The notes beneath the pieces are model-generated. The model was given only the letters and a program-made list of their open reading frames with translations, ran no database searches and was not told the origin of the DNA. A stretch of DNA of 64,000 nucleotides from Candidatus Bathyarchaeales archaeon (GTDB taxonomy: Archaea > Thermoproteota > Bathyarchaeia > Bathyarchaeales > Bathycorpusculaceae). Every line of letters starts with the position of its first letter. The stretch's first letter is position 1. The position numbers and the translations under genes are program-made. Below are positions 45,948 through 55,359 of the stretch, one piece after another. The DNA is taken from NCBI GenBank assembly GCA_049700435.1, contig JBNAVK010000001.1:1583-65582 (forward strand), written 5' to 3'.

Positions 45948-47423
45948 ATGGCAATAAAAACTAAGGAAGACTACATTGAGAGACTTAAAAAAATGAAGAA
46001 AAATGTGTATATCGGTGGCGAAAAAGTAGATAGACTGGATAGGAGGCTTCAACCTGGAATAAATGTTATCTGCACGACCTTTGATATGGCTAATAACCCA
46101 GAGTTTGCTGATGTCTGCACGGCTACATCTCACATCACTGGAGAAAAAATTAATCGTTTCTGCCATATTCACCAAAGCAAGGAGGACCTCCTAAAGAAGC
46201 AGGAAATGACTCGTCTACTTTGTCAACGTACCGGAGGCTGTATTCAACGTTGTATGGGAATAGACGCGATGAACGCCCTCTCAGTTGCCACAAAACTCAT
46301 AGACATGCAATACAACACAAACTACTACAACCGTTTTATTGATTACCTAAAATTTTTCCAAGAGAACGACATAGTTGCAAACTGCGCCCAAACAGATGTT
46401 AAAGGAGACAGAATAAAGAGACCTCATGAACAGAAGGATCCCGACCTTTATCTGCGGGTTGTTGAGAAACGGGATGACGGCATCATTGTCCGGGGAGCTA
46501 AAGCGCATAATACCATTGCGCCTTACGCGGATGAGATTATAGTTGTTCCGACACGCACTCTAACTAAGGAGGAAGGAGACTGGGCTGTTGCCTTTGCAAT
46601 CCCAGCTGATACTGACGGAGTTAAGCTTGTTGTTCGTCCAGCATATCAGCGCAAAAGGGTAAAGCTAAACGCCCCCATTGTTGAGTATGGAGATGCAGAA
46701 TCGCTTACAATATTTGACGATGTGTTCGTGCCATGGGAAAGAGTCTTCATGTGCGGCGAATGGGAATATGCAAGAGCACTAGCATTACTTTTCGCCCTCT
46801 ACCATAGACACAGTTATACTGGTTGTAAACCAGCGGTAACCGATGTGCTTTGTGGCACCGCCGCCTTGGTCGCAGAATGCAACAACATCGAAAGAGAAAG
46901 CCATGTACGCGACAAACTATCCAAGTACATCGGCATATCCGAACTTGTATACGCCGCTGGAATAGCCAGCGCACACCACGCTATTAAATCCCCGTCTGGA
47001 ACTTACATTCCTGACCCCGTATATACAAATGCAGGAAGAAGATTAGCAGGAGAAAACATATACCATGAATACGAAATCTTGGCAGATCTGGCTGGAGGTC
47101 TTGCATGCACACTTCCCTTTGAAGAAGACTTCTACAACGAAGAGACGGGACCTCTCCTCAATAAATACATAATGCGCAATCCAAATCTCTCGCCTGAATA
47201 TGTGCATAGAGCATTCAGATTAGCTGAAAACGTTTTAGCTTCGGATCTCACGGGAGTTAATCAAGTGGCCGGTGTCCATGGTGGCGGATCGCCAATTATG
47301 GAAACAATTATGATGATGGGAACCTACAACATAGAGAAAGTTAAGGATATAGCTAGGTATCTTGCCGGAATAAAAAAGGAGTTGCCGAGGATAAAACGGG
47401 AGGATTTAGTGAAGTTCCTCTGA
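45948..47423 (+). CDS. abfD: 4-hydroxybutyryl-CoA dehydratase / vinylacetyl-CoA delta-isomerase
   Basis: 491 aa, starting MAIKTKEDYIERLK. C98-x3-C102 (GGCIQRCMG) and H286-x6-C293 (HRHSYTGC) align with the [4Fe-4S] ligands Cys99/Cys103/His292/Cys299 of Clostridium aminobutyricum AbfD. Confidence 0.9.
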   Translation: MAIKTKEDYIERLKKMKKNVYIGGEKVDRLDRRLQPGINVICTTFDMANNPEFADVCTATSHITGEKINRFCHIHQSKEDLLKKQEMTRLLCQRTGGCIQRCMGIDAMNALSVATKLIDMQYNTNYYNRFIDYLKFFQENDIVANCAQTDVKGDRIKRPHEQKDPDLYLRVVEKRDDGIIVRGAKAHNTIAPYADEIIVVPTRTLTKEEGDWAVAFAIPADTDGVKLVVRPAYQRKRVKLNAPIVEYGDAESLTIFDDVFVPWERVFMCGEWEYARALALLFALYHRHSYTGCKPAVTDVLCGTAALVAECNNIERESHVRDKLSKYIGISELVYAAGIASAHHAIKSPSGTYIPDPVYTNAGRRLAGENIYHEYEILADLAGGLACTLPFEEDFYNEETGPLLNKYIMRNPNLSPEYVHRAFRLAENVLASDLTGVNQVAGVHGGGSPIMETIMMMGTYNIEKVKDIARYLAGIKKELPRIKREDLVKFL

Positions 47424-47532
47424 TGCCGCCTTTTTTCCCTAATTTTATTATTTTAGAATATGTCTTTTAATATTATAATTGCGTTGAAGAATAGGCACAA
47501 TTAGTGTAGAAACTTTTTTATTTCTAAAGTAA

Positions 47533-48453
47533 TTGATACCCAAAAACGTAGAGGTGTCGGATTTGTTGGAAAACATAAGGCATGTTGCTGTTATAGGTGC
47601 TGGAAGAATGGGAAGCCAAATAGCGCAACTGCTTTCGCGAGTAGGCAAATACTCCGTAACTATCGTCGATGTAAGCGATGAGCTAGTCAACAACGGATTG
47701 AAGTCCATAGAAGCTGATTTGAAACGATTTTTCGTTGACAAAGGCAAAATGACCGAGAATGAAATGAGAGAGATTATTGCTCGAATTAAGGGCACAACAA
47801 GCATCGCCGAAGCGGCTAAAAACGCTGATTTCGTGATAGAGGCTGCTATTGAAAACTTAGAAATAAAGAAGAAAATTTTTGCAGAACTTGACAAAAACGC
47901 TCCGCCAAACACGATTTTAGCTTCAAACACGTCGGGTTTGAGCATAACTGAAATGGCTTCTGCGACGAAAAGACCTGAAAAAGTTGCTGGTATGCACTTC
48001 TTTAATCCGGTGGCTGTAATGAAATTAGTGGAAGCTGTGAAAGGTGCATTCACCTCAGATGAAACAATAAACACTGTCTGCGAACTCGCCAAGAAACTCG
48101 GCAAAGAACCAGTTATCTGCAAAGACGTCAGCTACGGTTTCCTAGCTAATAGAGCATACGGCGGACTGATGAGAGAAGCCATTGAAATGGTATGGGAACG
48201 TGTAGCCTCACCAGAAGACATCGACAAGGCTTTGAAACTTGGATACAACCTTCCTATGGGTCCGTTAGAGCTTGGCGACATGACAGGTTCATGGGGGCTC
48301 ATGGCATCATCAGAACAAGATAGAATTAAAGAAATGGGTCCAGAGAAAGGAAGCTTGCATCCGCTTGTCAGGTGGATGGTGCGAGCTGGCTATACTGGTG
48401 GAACGGGAAAGAAGGGAATATACGCCTTCTGGAAGGAAGTTTTGTCAAAGTGA
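47533..48453 (+). CDS. hbd: 3-hydroxyacyl-CoA (3-hydroxybutyryl-CoA) dehydrogenase
   Basis: VAVIGAGRMG Rossmann, SNTS, HFFNP and a C-terminal dimerisation domain. Confidence 0.9.
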   Translation: MIPKNVEVSDLLENIRHVAVIGAGRMGSQIAQLLSRVGKYSVTIVDVSDELVNNGLKSIEADLKRFFVDKGKMTENEMREIIARIKGTTSIAEAAKNADFVIEAAIENLEIKKKIFAELDKNAPPNTILASNTSGLSITEMASATKRPEKVAGMHFFNPVAVMKLVEAVKGAFTSDETINTVCELAKKLGKEPVICKDVSYGFLANRAYGGLMREAIEMVWERVASPEDIDKALKLGYNLPMGPLELGDMTGSWGLMASSEQDRIKEMGPEKGSLHPLVRWMVRAGYTGGTGKKGIYAFWKEVLSK

Positions 48454-48460
48454 ACTTTAG

Positions 48461-48466
48461 AGGAGG
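48461..48466 (+). promoter_or_regulatory. Shine-Dalgarno site (AGGAGG) for the crotonase gene
   Basis: 8 nt upstream of the TTG start at 48475. Confidence 0.5.
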
Positions 48467-48474
48467 AAACAAGT

Positions 48475-49257
48475 TTGAGCGAATTTAAAACAATCATCTA
48501 CGAGAAAAAGGAAAATGTAGCTTGGATAACCCTTAATCGACCCGAAGTTTTGAATGCACAAAACGACCAAATGCGGGAAGAACTTGTGCGCGCGTTTCAA
48601 GATGCACGAGACGATGAGAACATTCGCGTCATAGTGCTTACTGGAGCTGGCGACCGCGCGTTTAGTGCTGGTGCAGACATAAGCGAGTTTCCAAAGCTTG
48701 CCCCTTCCGACTTCATTAAGCGAAGCGGGAGGTTGCGACCCTACGACGTTGTCAGAAGTATACCAAAACCAGTGATAGCCGCCGTAAACGGTTATGCTTT
48801 TGGCGGTGGCTGCGAATTAGCAATGGCATGCGATATAATAATAGCTTCTGAAAACGCTTCATTCGGGCAACCAGAGGTAAGAGTTGGAGTGATACCCGGA
48901 GGCGGAGGTACACAGATGTTGCCGCGGCTTATAGGCGAGAAGATGGCTAAGGAAATGATTTTCACAGGGAAATCTATAACGGCTCAAGAAGCATATAGGC
49001 TTGGGTTGGTTAACAAGGTTGTTCCGAAGGAGAAGTTGATGGAAGAAGTTAACAGTTTAGTCGGAGAGCTTCTCAAAAGAAGCCCCATAATATTGGCGCT
49101 TGCAAAAATCGCCGTGAACAAAGCGATGGAAACAACTCTTAGTGAAGGACTAAAATGCGAAATTGACCTCTTCGAACTTTGCTTCAGCACTGAAGACCAG
49201 AAGGAAGCGTCAAAGGCGTTTATTGAAAAGAGACAACCAGTATTCAAGGGAAGATAA
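48475..49257 (+). CDS. Enoyl-CoA hydratase (crotonase family)
   Basis: LNRPEVLNA, FSAGADI, GYAFGGGCELAMACD and FGQPEVRVGVIPGGGGTQ, with both catalytic Glu positions present. Confidence 0.9.
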   Translation: MSEFKTIIYEKKENVAWITLNRPEVLNAQNDQMREELVRAFQDARDDENIRVIVLTGAGDRAFSAGADISEFPKLAPSDFIKRSGRLRPYDVVRSIPKPVIAAVNGYAFGGGCELAMACDIIIASENASFGQPEVRVGVIPGGGGTQMLPRLIGEKMAKEMIFTGKSITAQEAYRLGLVNKVVPKEKLMEEVNSLVGELLKRSPIILALAKIAVNKAMETTLSEGLKCEIDLFELCFSTEDQKEASKAFIEKRQPVFKGR

Positions 49258-49418
49258 ACGACGGTTAATCTGCTAAGAATAAAGTCTGGTCTTCGTTCCC
49301 AAATTTTTTATCCATATAAAAGACTTAAGTCTCTTAATTGAAAATTCATGCAATCATCATTCAAATACGGACAACTTCCGCGAAAATTTTAATTATCAAG
49401 TCTAAATAAACCACCGTC

Positions 49419-50540
49419 ATGTTGCGCATTGGCGTTGTAGGTCCAACTTTCCCTCCTATTGAGGGTATAGCAAGAGTAGCTAAAAGAATTGAAGAGAAGG
49501 GCTATGATTCTATATGGTTTCCAGACCATTTAATGGGATGGTTCCCCCATAACATATGGACGCCTGAAATTGTCGGTCCACTTGCAACCTATAGCCCTCA
49601 CACATTTTTTGAGACAACACTTTCAATAGCCGTCGCAGCTTCGGCAACGCAGAAAATTCGTATGGGAAGCGCTGTTACAGAAGCTATAAGGCATCATCCA
49701 GCTATGCTAGCCCAAAGCTATGCGACTCTTGAGCACTTAACCAACAGCAGAGTTATTCTAGGCATAGGCGCGGGAGAATTTGAAAATGTTGAACCTTACG
49801 GCTTAAAATACGAGAAAGTTGTAAGCAGGATGGAAGAAGCCGTAAAAGTGATAAAACTCCTTTGGGGAGCCAAACGTGACGAACTAATAAATTACAATGG
49901 AGTATTCTTTAAACTGAAAAACGCTGTTTTTGAGCTTCCACCGTTGAACAAGAGATCGCCAATTTGGATAGGTGGTGTTGGAGAGAGAATGTGCAAAATT
50001 GTGGCGAGGTACGCGGAAGGTTGGCTTCCGGCAGTTTCAAGCGCGGAAGAATACAGCGAGAGACTGAACATTATAAAAGAGGAATGCAGCAGAATTGGCA
50101 GAAACTTTGCAGAAATAGAGAAAGGAGCATATCTAAACCTTATAATAGACGAGAGCCGAGAAGAGTGTTTAAGGCTAATGCGAGAAGCGCCGCTAATAAA
50201 GGCTGGAGCTTTACTGACCCCTGCAATTGTTTATGAGAAACTTGGTTATACGCATCCGCTGGGGAAAGACTTCTATCCGCTTACCGATTATGTCCCAGCA
50301 ATTTATACAAAAGAAGAGGTTATGAAAGCTTTAGAAAATGTTCCATTAGAGGTTGTTCAAGAAAGCTTCCTCTGGGGAAGCGTGGAAGACGTCATTGATA
50401 AACTTGACAAGTATAGAAAAGCGGGGGCTCAAACGGTTGTTTTCTGGAACTTCACGTTCCTCGGCGACGTATCAAAAGTGAAAAGCTCCTACTCGTGCAT
50501 TGACAAGGTTGTAGACTATTTTAAAGAAAGAGACGGTTAA
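49419..50540 (+). CDS. Luciferase-like (LLM class) flavin/F420-dependent oxidoreductase
   Basis: 373 aa with GYDSIWFPDHL and LGIGAGE, typical of the LLM TIM-barrel family. Confidence 0.8.
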   Translation: MLRIGVVGPTFPPIEGIARVAKRIEEKGYDSIWFPDHLMGWFPHNIWTPEIVGPLATYSPHTFFETTLSIAVAASATQKIRMGSAVTEAIRHHPAMLAQSYATLEHLTNSRVILGIGAGEFENVEPYGLKYEKVVSRMEEAVKVIKLLWGAKRDELINYNGVFFKLKNAVFELPPLNKRSPIWIGGVGERMCKIVARYAEGWLPAVSSAEEYSERLNIIKEECSRIGRNFAEIEKGAYLNLIIDESREECLRLMREAPLIKAGALLTPAIVYEKLGYTHPLGKDFYPLTDYVPAIYTKEEVMKALENVPLEVVQESFLWGSVEDVIDKLDKYRKAGAQTVVFWNFTFLGDVSKVKSSYSCIDKVVDYFKERDG

Positions 50541-50587
50541 ACACTTTTAATGCTTAGAAACAATAGCCTGAAACATCTTTTTTAGAT

Positions 50588-52021
50588 TTACCTATTTCTA
50601 ATCTGATACATTTTACATCTCCATAGGTTTCCCAAGGCTTCAATGCATCTTTCGATTGAAGTGTATACGGGAATTTTCTCTTCTTCAATCTGAGCTGTCC
50701 AAGAATCAACCATTTCTTTGAACCCCAAAAGATACGTTAAAATAGGTTTCCGCTCAGTGTTAATTTCCCTAAGAAATCTTATCGCGCTCTTCACATTGAA
50801 AAATTGAATGAGCCTTGGGACAGCCACGAATAAGATAGCCACGCTGTCGACGTTTTTATCTTCCAAAACTGCCTCAACGGCAATTTTCACGCTTTCCTCT
50901 GGCCCAACTTTTTCAAATAATGGTTCAATATCAGCTGGGTTGCTAACATTAGCCCATGATGGCATTTGGCTTCTAATTCTGTTTAAGGTTTCGCTAGACA
51001 ATGGAGCAAGTTCTAAACCATGCTTGGCACACTCGTCAGCTGCCATTACACCCCCACCTCCGGTGACAGTGACTATGGCAACTCTGTTACCTTTTGGTAG
51101 CGGCTGCAAAGCAAAAGCCTTAGTTATGTCTAATAGTTTATCAAGGTCGCCTTCCACACGTATAACGCCAGCTTGTTTGCACATTGCATCGAAAATCTCG
51201 TCTTTCACAGCTAAAGAACCAGTATGTGACATTGAAGCCTTAATGCCTGCTGGACTTCTGCCCGATTTAAGCACTATTATAGGCTTGTTTTTTGCGACAT
51301 TTTTGAAAGTTTTAAAGAGTTTTACGCCGTCTTTCACTCCTTCCATGTAAATCGCGATGACCTCTGTATCTTCGTCTTCTGCTAAATATTCTAGCACTTC
51401 AGCGTCGTCAACATCACATTTGTTTCCAAGCCCAACTATCTTGCTTATTCCAAAAGGCTGTTTAGTCATTATCCACCAGAAGGCAGCGGCCGCAAAAAGC
51501 CCAGTTTGAGCTATAAACGCCACGTTTCCTTTTTTGAATTTCGGAAGAGGCGCAAAAGAAGTTGTAAAATTGTTTGAAGTATTTAATATACCTGTCGTGT
51601 TTGGGCCTATCACGCGTATTCCAGCTTTTTTGGCTATTGCTACAACTTCATCTTCAATTTTCTTTCCAACCTCTCCTGTTTCACGAAAACCAGAAGAACA
51701 TATAACAACTCCTTTGACACGTTTTTCTGCGCATTCCCTCATCACATTAGGGACGCTGGATGCTGGAACGATTATTATTGCCGAGTCTACCTTATCATCT
51801 ATAGCGTTTACTCGTGGATACGCTTTCAAACCTAAAATTTCATCTGCATTTGGGTTAACAGGATAAACTTTGCCCTTAAATCCTAAGTCGAGAAGATTTT
51901 TCACGATATAATGACCAAATTTAAGGGGGCTGCGTGAGGCTCCAATAATGGCTACGCTTTCCGGTTCGAAAAAACATTTTAGTTCATCAAGCTTTTTTGC
52001 TTCTTTAGTCATTTTGATCAC
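50588..52021 (-). CDS. ADP-forming acyl-CoA synthetase alpha subunit, paralogue 2
   Basis: 477 aa with PESVAIIGAS, GPNTTG and phosphohistidine loop MSHTGSLAV. No ATP-grasp domain. Confidence 0.85.
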   Translation of the reverse strand: MIKMTKEAKKLDELKCFFEPESVAIIGASRSPLKFGHYIVKNLLDLGFKGKVYPVNPNADEILGLKAYPRVNAIDDKVDSAIIIVPASSVPNVMRECAEKRVKGVVICSSGFRETGEVGKKIEDEVVAIAKKAGIRVIGPNTTGILNTSNNFTTSFAPLPKFKKGNVAFIAQTGLFAAAAFWWIMTKQPFGISKIVGLGNKCDVDDAEVLEYLAEDEDTEVIAIYMEGVKDGVKLFKTFKNVAKNKPIIVLKSGRSPAGIKASMSHTGSLAVKDEIFDAMCKQAGVIRVEGDLDKLLDITKAFALQPLPKGNRVAIVTVTGGGGVMAADECAKHGLELAPLSSETLNRIRSQMPSWANVSNPADIEPLFEKVGPEESVKIAVEAVLEDKNVDSVAILFVAVPRLIQFFNVKSAIRFLREINTERKPILTYLLGFKEMVDSWTAQIEEEKIPVYTSIERCIEALGNLWRCKMYQIRNR

Positions 52022-52171
52022 TTAGGCCATACTTTGACACTACTTAGCGAAGACTTGGGTTTTAATACGTTTCGCGAAGAACTTGCTGTTTTACAACGAT
52101 AAACATCCGTAAAGCAAATTCCAGTAGTGTACTATGTGGTTTTGGTGGATAAGAAAGATTGGCGTTTCCCT

Positions 52172-53926
52172 CTAAAGTTTTCCAAGAAGGTGCCTATCTG
52201 GGTCAAAGCAGCGAAGCATCAAAATTTCTTCTCGTCTCGGTTCGTCTAACTGCAGTAGGTCGCTGGAAATCTTCGGTTTCCATCCCATGTTCTGTGTGAT
52301 GTTTGAGATTGCGTCTGCCTCACTTTCTCCAGTCTTCGCATAAATCTTCTTCAAAATTAACTCATCACCATCTTTTTCAAAGACTGCGCGATCTGTGACA
52401 ACTTTTTTCACGTTTCGGCTAGGGCATGTTATATATGGGACCTCTTCTACTAGCCTCTTTTTATCGTGGAGAAGCGTAACTATGACCTCCTTTGCGGTTG
52501 TTGAGATGTCGTTTGCTCCTCCGCTGCCAAAGAGGAAGAAGTCGCCGATTTTTGTGGAGTTAATGTTGCCATGCTTGTCTATTTGAGCGGCGGATATGCA
52601 TGCAAGCACTTGTGTTTTATTTGCGACAAACCCCAAAATGTCCTTTGCACCTGCTATCATTATGCATGAATCCAAACCTTTAACAGAAACTAAGAAAGGT
52701 TTTGTTGGCGGAGGAAGATATCCAAAAAGCCCAAGCTCCACAATAAGGTGAACAGCCACTTTATTAGAGCGGAGCATGTATGTTGCCATCCAAGCTGCGA
52801 GATGAGAAATTCCTATGCCTGCAAGAATAGTGTTGCATTTTTGCCTTCTAACAGATTCAATAACTTCCCGCGCTGCAAAGACAACAGCCTTTTCCGTTCT
52901 ATTTGCGGGTGCACTCGACAATTTTTCGACAACCTCTAGCGCATCGATTTTCAAATCACCATGGGAAATGCTGCCTCTAAGCATGTGAAGGCGTTCAGGA
53001 GTTAATTGACGAAGATAATTTTCATGGGACTTCACGTCAAGTACCCACTTCTTAATCCAGTCTTTGGCTGTTTCACTTTCCCTAAAGGCTGCCTGCAATT
53101 CTTTAGCAAATTCAACATCTTCCCCGTAACCATAGCCATCATGCCCACGACAACCATAAGGGTGCATGCCAAAAGGAGCTTCTACAACGCATTTTACAAT
53201 ACTTGCTGGAACCTTCACATTGAAAGCGTTTTTCCGCAGATACTCGGTGCTTACAATTTTTTCAACACTGAGTATTACTCCCTCTTTGCTGGCGAATGCG
53301 CCATAGGCTTCTTCAGTGAACGGAAGCACTGGAATGGCGTTTCCAGCAGAATCAGCGCAGTAGGCATGCATTATGGTGACGTCTGGCTCCAAGGGCTTAA
53401 CTACACCAACAGTTTCTCCGTTGAATGGATTCGCTATTTTTTTGTACAGACCTCTCTCCTCGTTCTCCTCTGCTATCGATGAACCCTTTAAGGAGCGGAC
53501 AGGCATGAATGGTAGGTTGAGGGCTGCGGCTTGCAGGCGCTGAACGATTGTGAAGAGGGACCAATTTTCTATGACCATTCCTTTGCTTATCGCATGTTGC
53601 AATGCTCCGGACAAAACAGGGCTTGGAAGTGTGAGACCAACGTAGCTGGCTATGATTCGCTTAACCATTCCAGCTACAGCCATAATTATGGTGTTGTCAA
53701 CGCCGCCAAGGCAGCTTACTGTGAAATCGCTCTTTCGCGTGTGAAATTGTCGAACGATTTCGTAGGTTAATGCGAAGGGAAGATACGCCGAATATATGTG
53801 CATTCCAGGCTTGATGTACTCTCTAATCGCTTCGTCCAAGCGTTTAACCTTGTTTTCGCCATGCAAAAGCTCTGGTTTAAAGTATTTTACAAAAAGTTCG
53901 CTGGTGTCTGTTTCCTTAAATGCCAT
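52172..53926 (-). CDS. Fused family I CoA-transferase (subunit A-like + subunit B-like halves)
   Basis: 584 aa. The N-half has RLDEAIREYIKPGMHIY and the C-half has QIDKHGNINST...GSGGANDI, typical of glutaconate/3-oxoacid CoA-transferase subunits. Confidence 0.7.
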   Translation of the reverse strand: MAFKETDTSELFVKYFKPELLHGENKVKRLDEAIREYIKPGMHIYSAYLPFALTYEIVRQFHTRKSDFTVSCLGGVDNTIIMAVAGMVKRIIASYVGLTLPSPVLSGALQHAISKGMVIENWSLFTIVQRLQAAALNLPFMPVRSLKGSSIAEENEERGLYKKIANPFNGETVGVVKPLEPDVTIMHAYCADSAGNAIPVLPFTEEAYGAFASKEGVILSVEKIVSTEYLRKNAFNVKVPASIVKCVVEAPFGMHPYGCRGHDGYGYGEDVEFAKELQAAFRESETAKDWIKKWVLDVKSHENYLRQLTPERLHMLRGSISHGDLKIDALEVVEKLSSAPANRTEKAVVFAAREVIESVRRQKCNTILAGIGISHLAAWMATYMLRSNKVAVHLIVELGLFGYLPPPTKPFLVSVKGLDSCIMIAGAKDILGFVANKTQVLACISAAQIDKHGNINSTKIGDFFLFGSGGANDISTTAKEVIVTLLHDKKRLVEEVPYITCPSRNVKKVVTDRAVFEKDGDELILKKIYAKTGESEADAISNITQNMGWKPKISSDLLQLDEPRREEILMLRCFDPDRHLLGKL

Positions 53927-53974
53927 GCTGCCTTCATCACCCTAGTAAGCTCTCGAGGTTACTGGCGTTGAAGG

Positions 53975-55219
53975 TTATTCGTAGACTTTTTCAACTTCTT
54001 TGTGCCACTCCAGAGCGTCCATTTCCACGTCCCTGTCTCGTGATGGCATGCCCATCATTTTGTAAATTTCATGCTGAATGAGTAACTTCATTATTTCGTT
54101 GCTTCCAGTCCATATCGGCGCCAATCTAATATCTCTCAAAAGTCTTTCAATAGGATACACTTGCGTATAGCCTATCCCGCCTAAAACTTGCATTGCAACA
54201 TTAACAACTTCCCAGCTTACATCTGTTGCAAAACTTTTTGCTTCACTAACTAGGCGTCTCGGGTCTACTGGCAAGCCTTTATCTGAGGCATCTGCGGCTT
54301 TAGCAGCCGTGTAAACAAGGGCTCTTGCTGCGTCAAGTTTTGTGACACTTTCCGCTATTTTGAAGTTTATGGCTTGAAAGTTGCGTAGCGGCATCCCAAA
54401 CGCTTTCCTCCTAGTTGAGTATTTAATGGCTATTTCTAGGGCTGCTCTCGCTGTTCCTATGGCTCCTGCTGCAGAGGTTAACCTTTCCGGAACCATCATC
54501 CTGTTAAATATTGCCGCTCCACCGTTTAATTCGCCAACTCTGTATTCATCTGGCACTTCAATGTTTTCGAAAACTATTCTCGCTGTTCCCATACCTCTAA
54601 ATCCTAAAAGATTGTAAACTTCTTCAATTTTCACGCCCATCTCTCTTTCAACTATAAACATGGTTAACGCCTTGTGCCCAGGCGCTTTAGGGTCTGTCCT
54701 CGCGTATATTACGTAGAAATCTGCGGCTTTGCCTCCTGCAATAAACCTTTTCTCTCCATTTATTATCCACTTGTTTCCTTTTCTTTCAGCCTTTGTTGTT
54801 GTTCCGAAGAAGTCGCTTCCGCCTCTGGGTTCTGTTAAGCCTTCTGCGGAAAGTTTTTCTCCTTTGATTATTGGTTTTAGGAATTTTTCTTTCTGCCATT
54901 TGGTGCCGAATCGGTTTAACGCTTCTCCCACTATGCTGACCATGGCGTAGCTGCATCCGAGTCCCATCCCCAAAACACCGATTTCCTCTAAAGCCGTCAT
55001 CTCCGCAGTCCATGTCATTCCTCTTCCGCCATACTCCTTTGGAAAACGAAGTCCTAGGAGTTTCCTTTTAGCCGCTTGATGTAGAAACTCGAAGGGGTAG
55101 TCTACTTCGTTTCTGTCCATTTTTCTTAGGAGTTCTGGGTCAACGCTTTTCACGAAATCCTTTACTTCTTCCCTAAGTTTGACTTCATCTTCCGTGCTTA
55201 GAAAGTCGTTTTCTATCAT
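53975..55219 (-). CDS. Acyl-CoA dehydrogenase
   Basis: 414 aa with GLTEPRGGSD and GGIGYT, and the catalytic-base region IWTGSNEIM near the C-terminus. Confidence 0.9.
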   Translation of the reverse strand: MIENDFLSTEDEVKLREEVKDFVKSVDPELLRKMDRNEVDYPFEFLHQAAKRKLLGLRFPKEYGGRGMTWTAEMTALEEIGVLGMGLGCSYAMVSIVGEALNRFGTKWQKEKFLKPIIKGEKLSAEGLTEPRGGSDFFGTTTKAERKGNKWIINGEKRFIAGGKAADFYVIYARTDPKAPGHKALTMFIVEREMGVKIEEVYNLLGFRGMGTARIVFENIEVPDEYRVGELNGGAAIFNRMMVPERLTSAAGAIGTARAALEIAIKYSTRRKAFGMPLRNFQAINFKIAESVTKLDAARALVYTAAKAADASDKGLPVDPRRLVSEAKSFATDVSWEVVNVAMQVLGGIGYTQVYPIERLLRDIRLAPIWTGSNEIMKLLIQHEIYKMMGMPSRDRDVEMDALEWHKEVEKVYE

Positions 55220-55359
55220 TTTTCCACCTTTACCGCACTTTATTGAGGAAATATCCTTGGCGATTCTTTAAATAACTTTACACGAAATAAGACGAAAGCG
55301 AGTATTGCAGTTTTATCTTGTGCAGTTCCTCAAGTTCTTTGGCTAAAAAAGGTTTTGAA

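Noticed and set aside
47448-48122. 224-aa minus-strand ORF
   Set aside because: It lies antisense to the strongly supported 3-hydroxybutyryl-CoA dehydrogenase gene. The composition is low-complexity Ser/Ala/Phe-rich with no motifs, which is typical of a shadow ORF.
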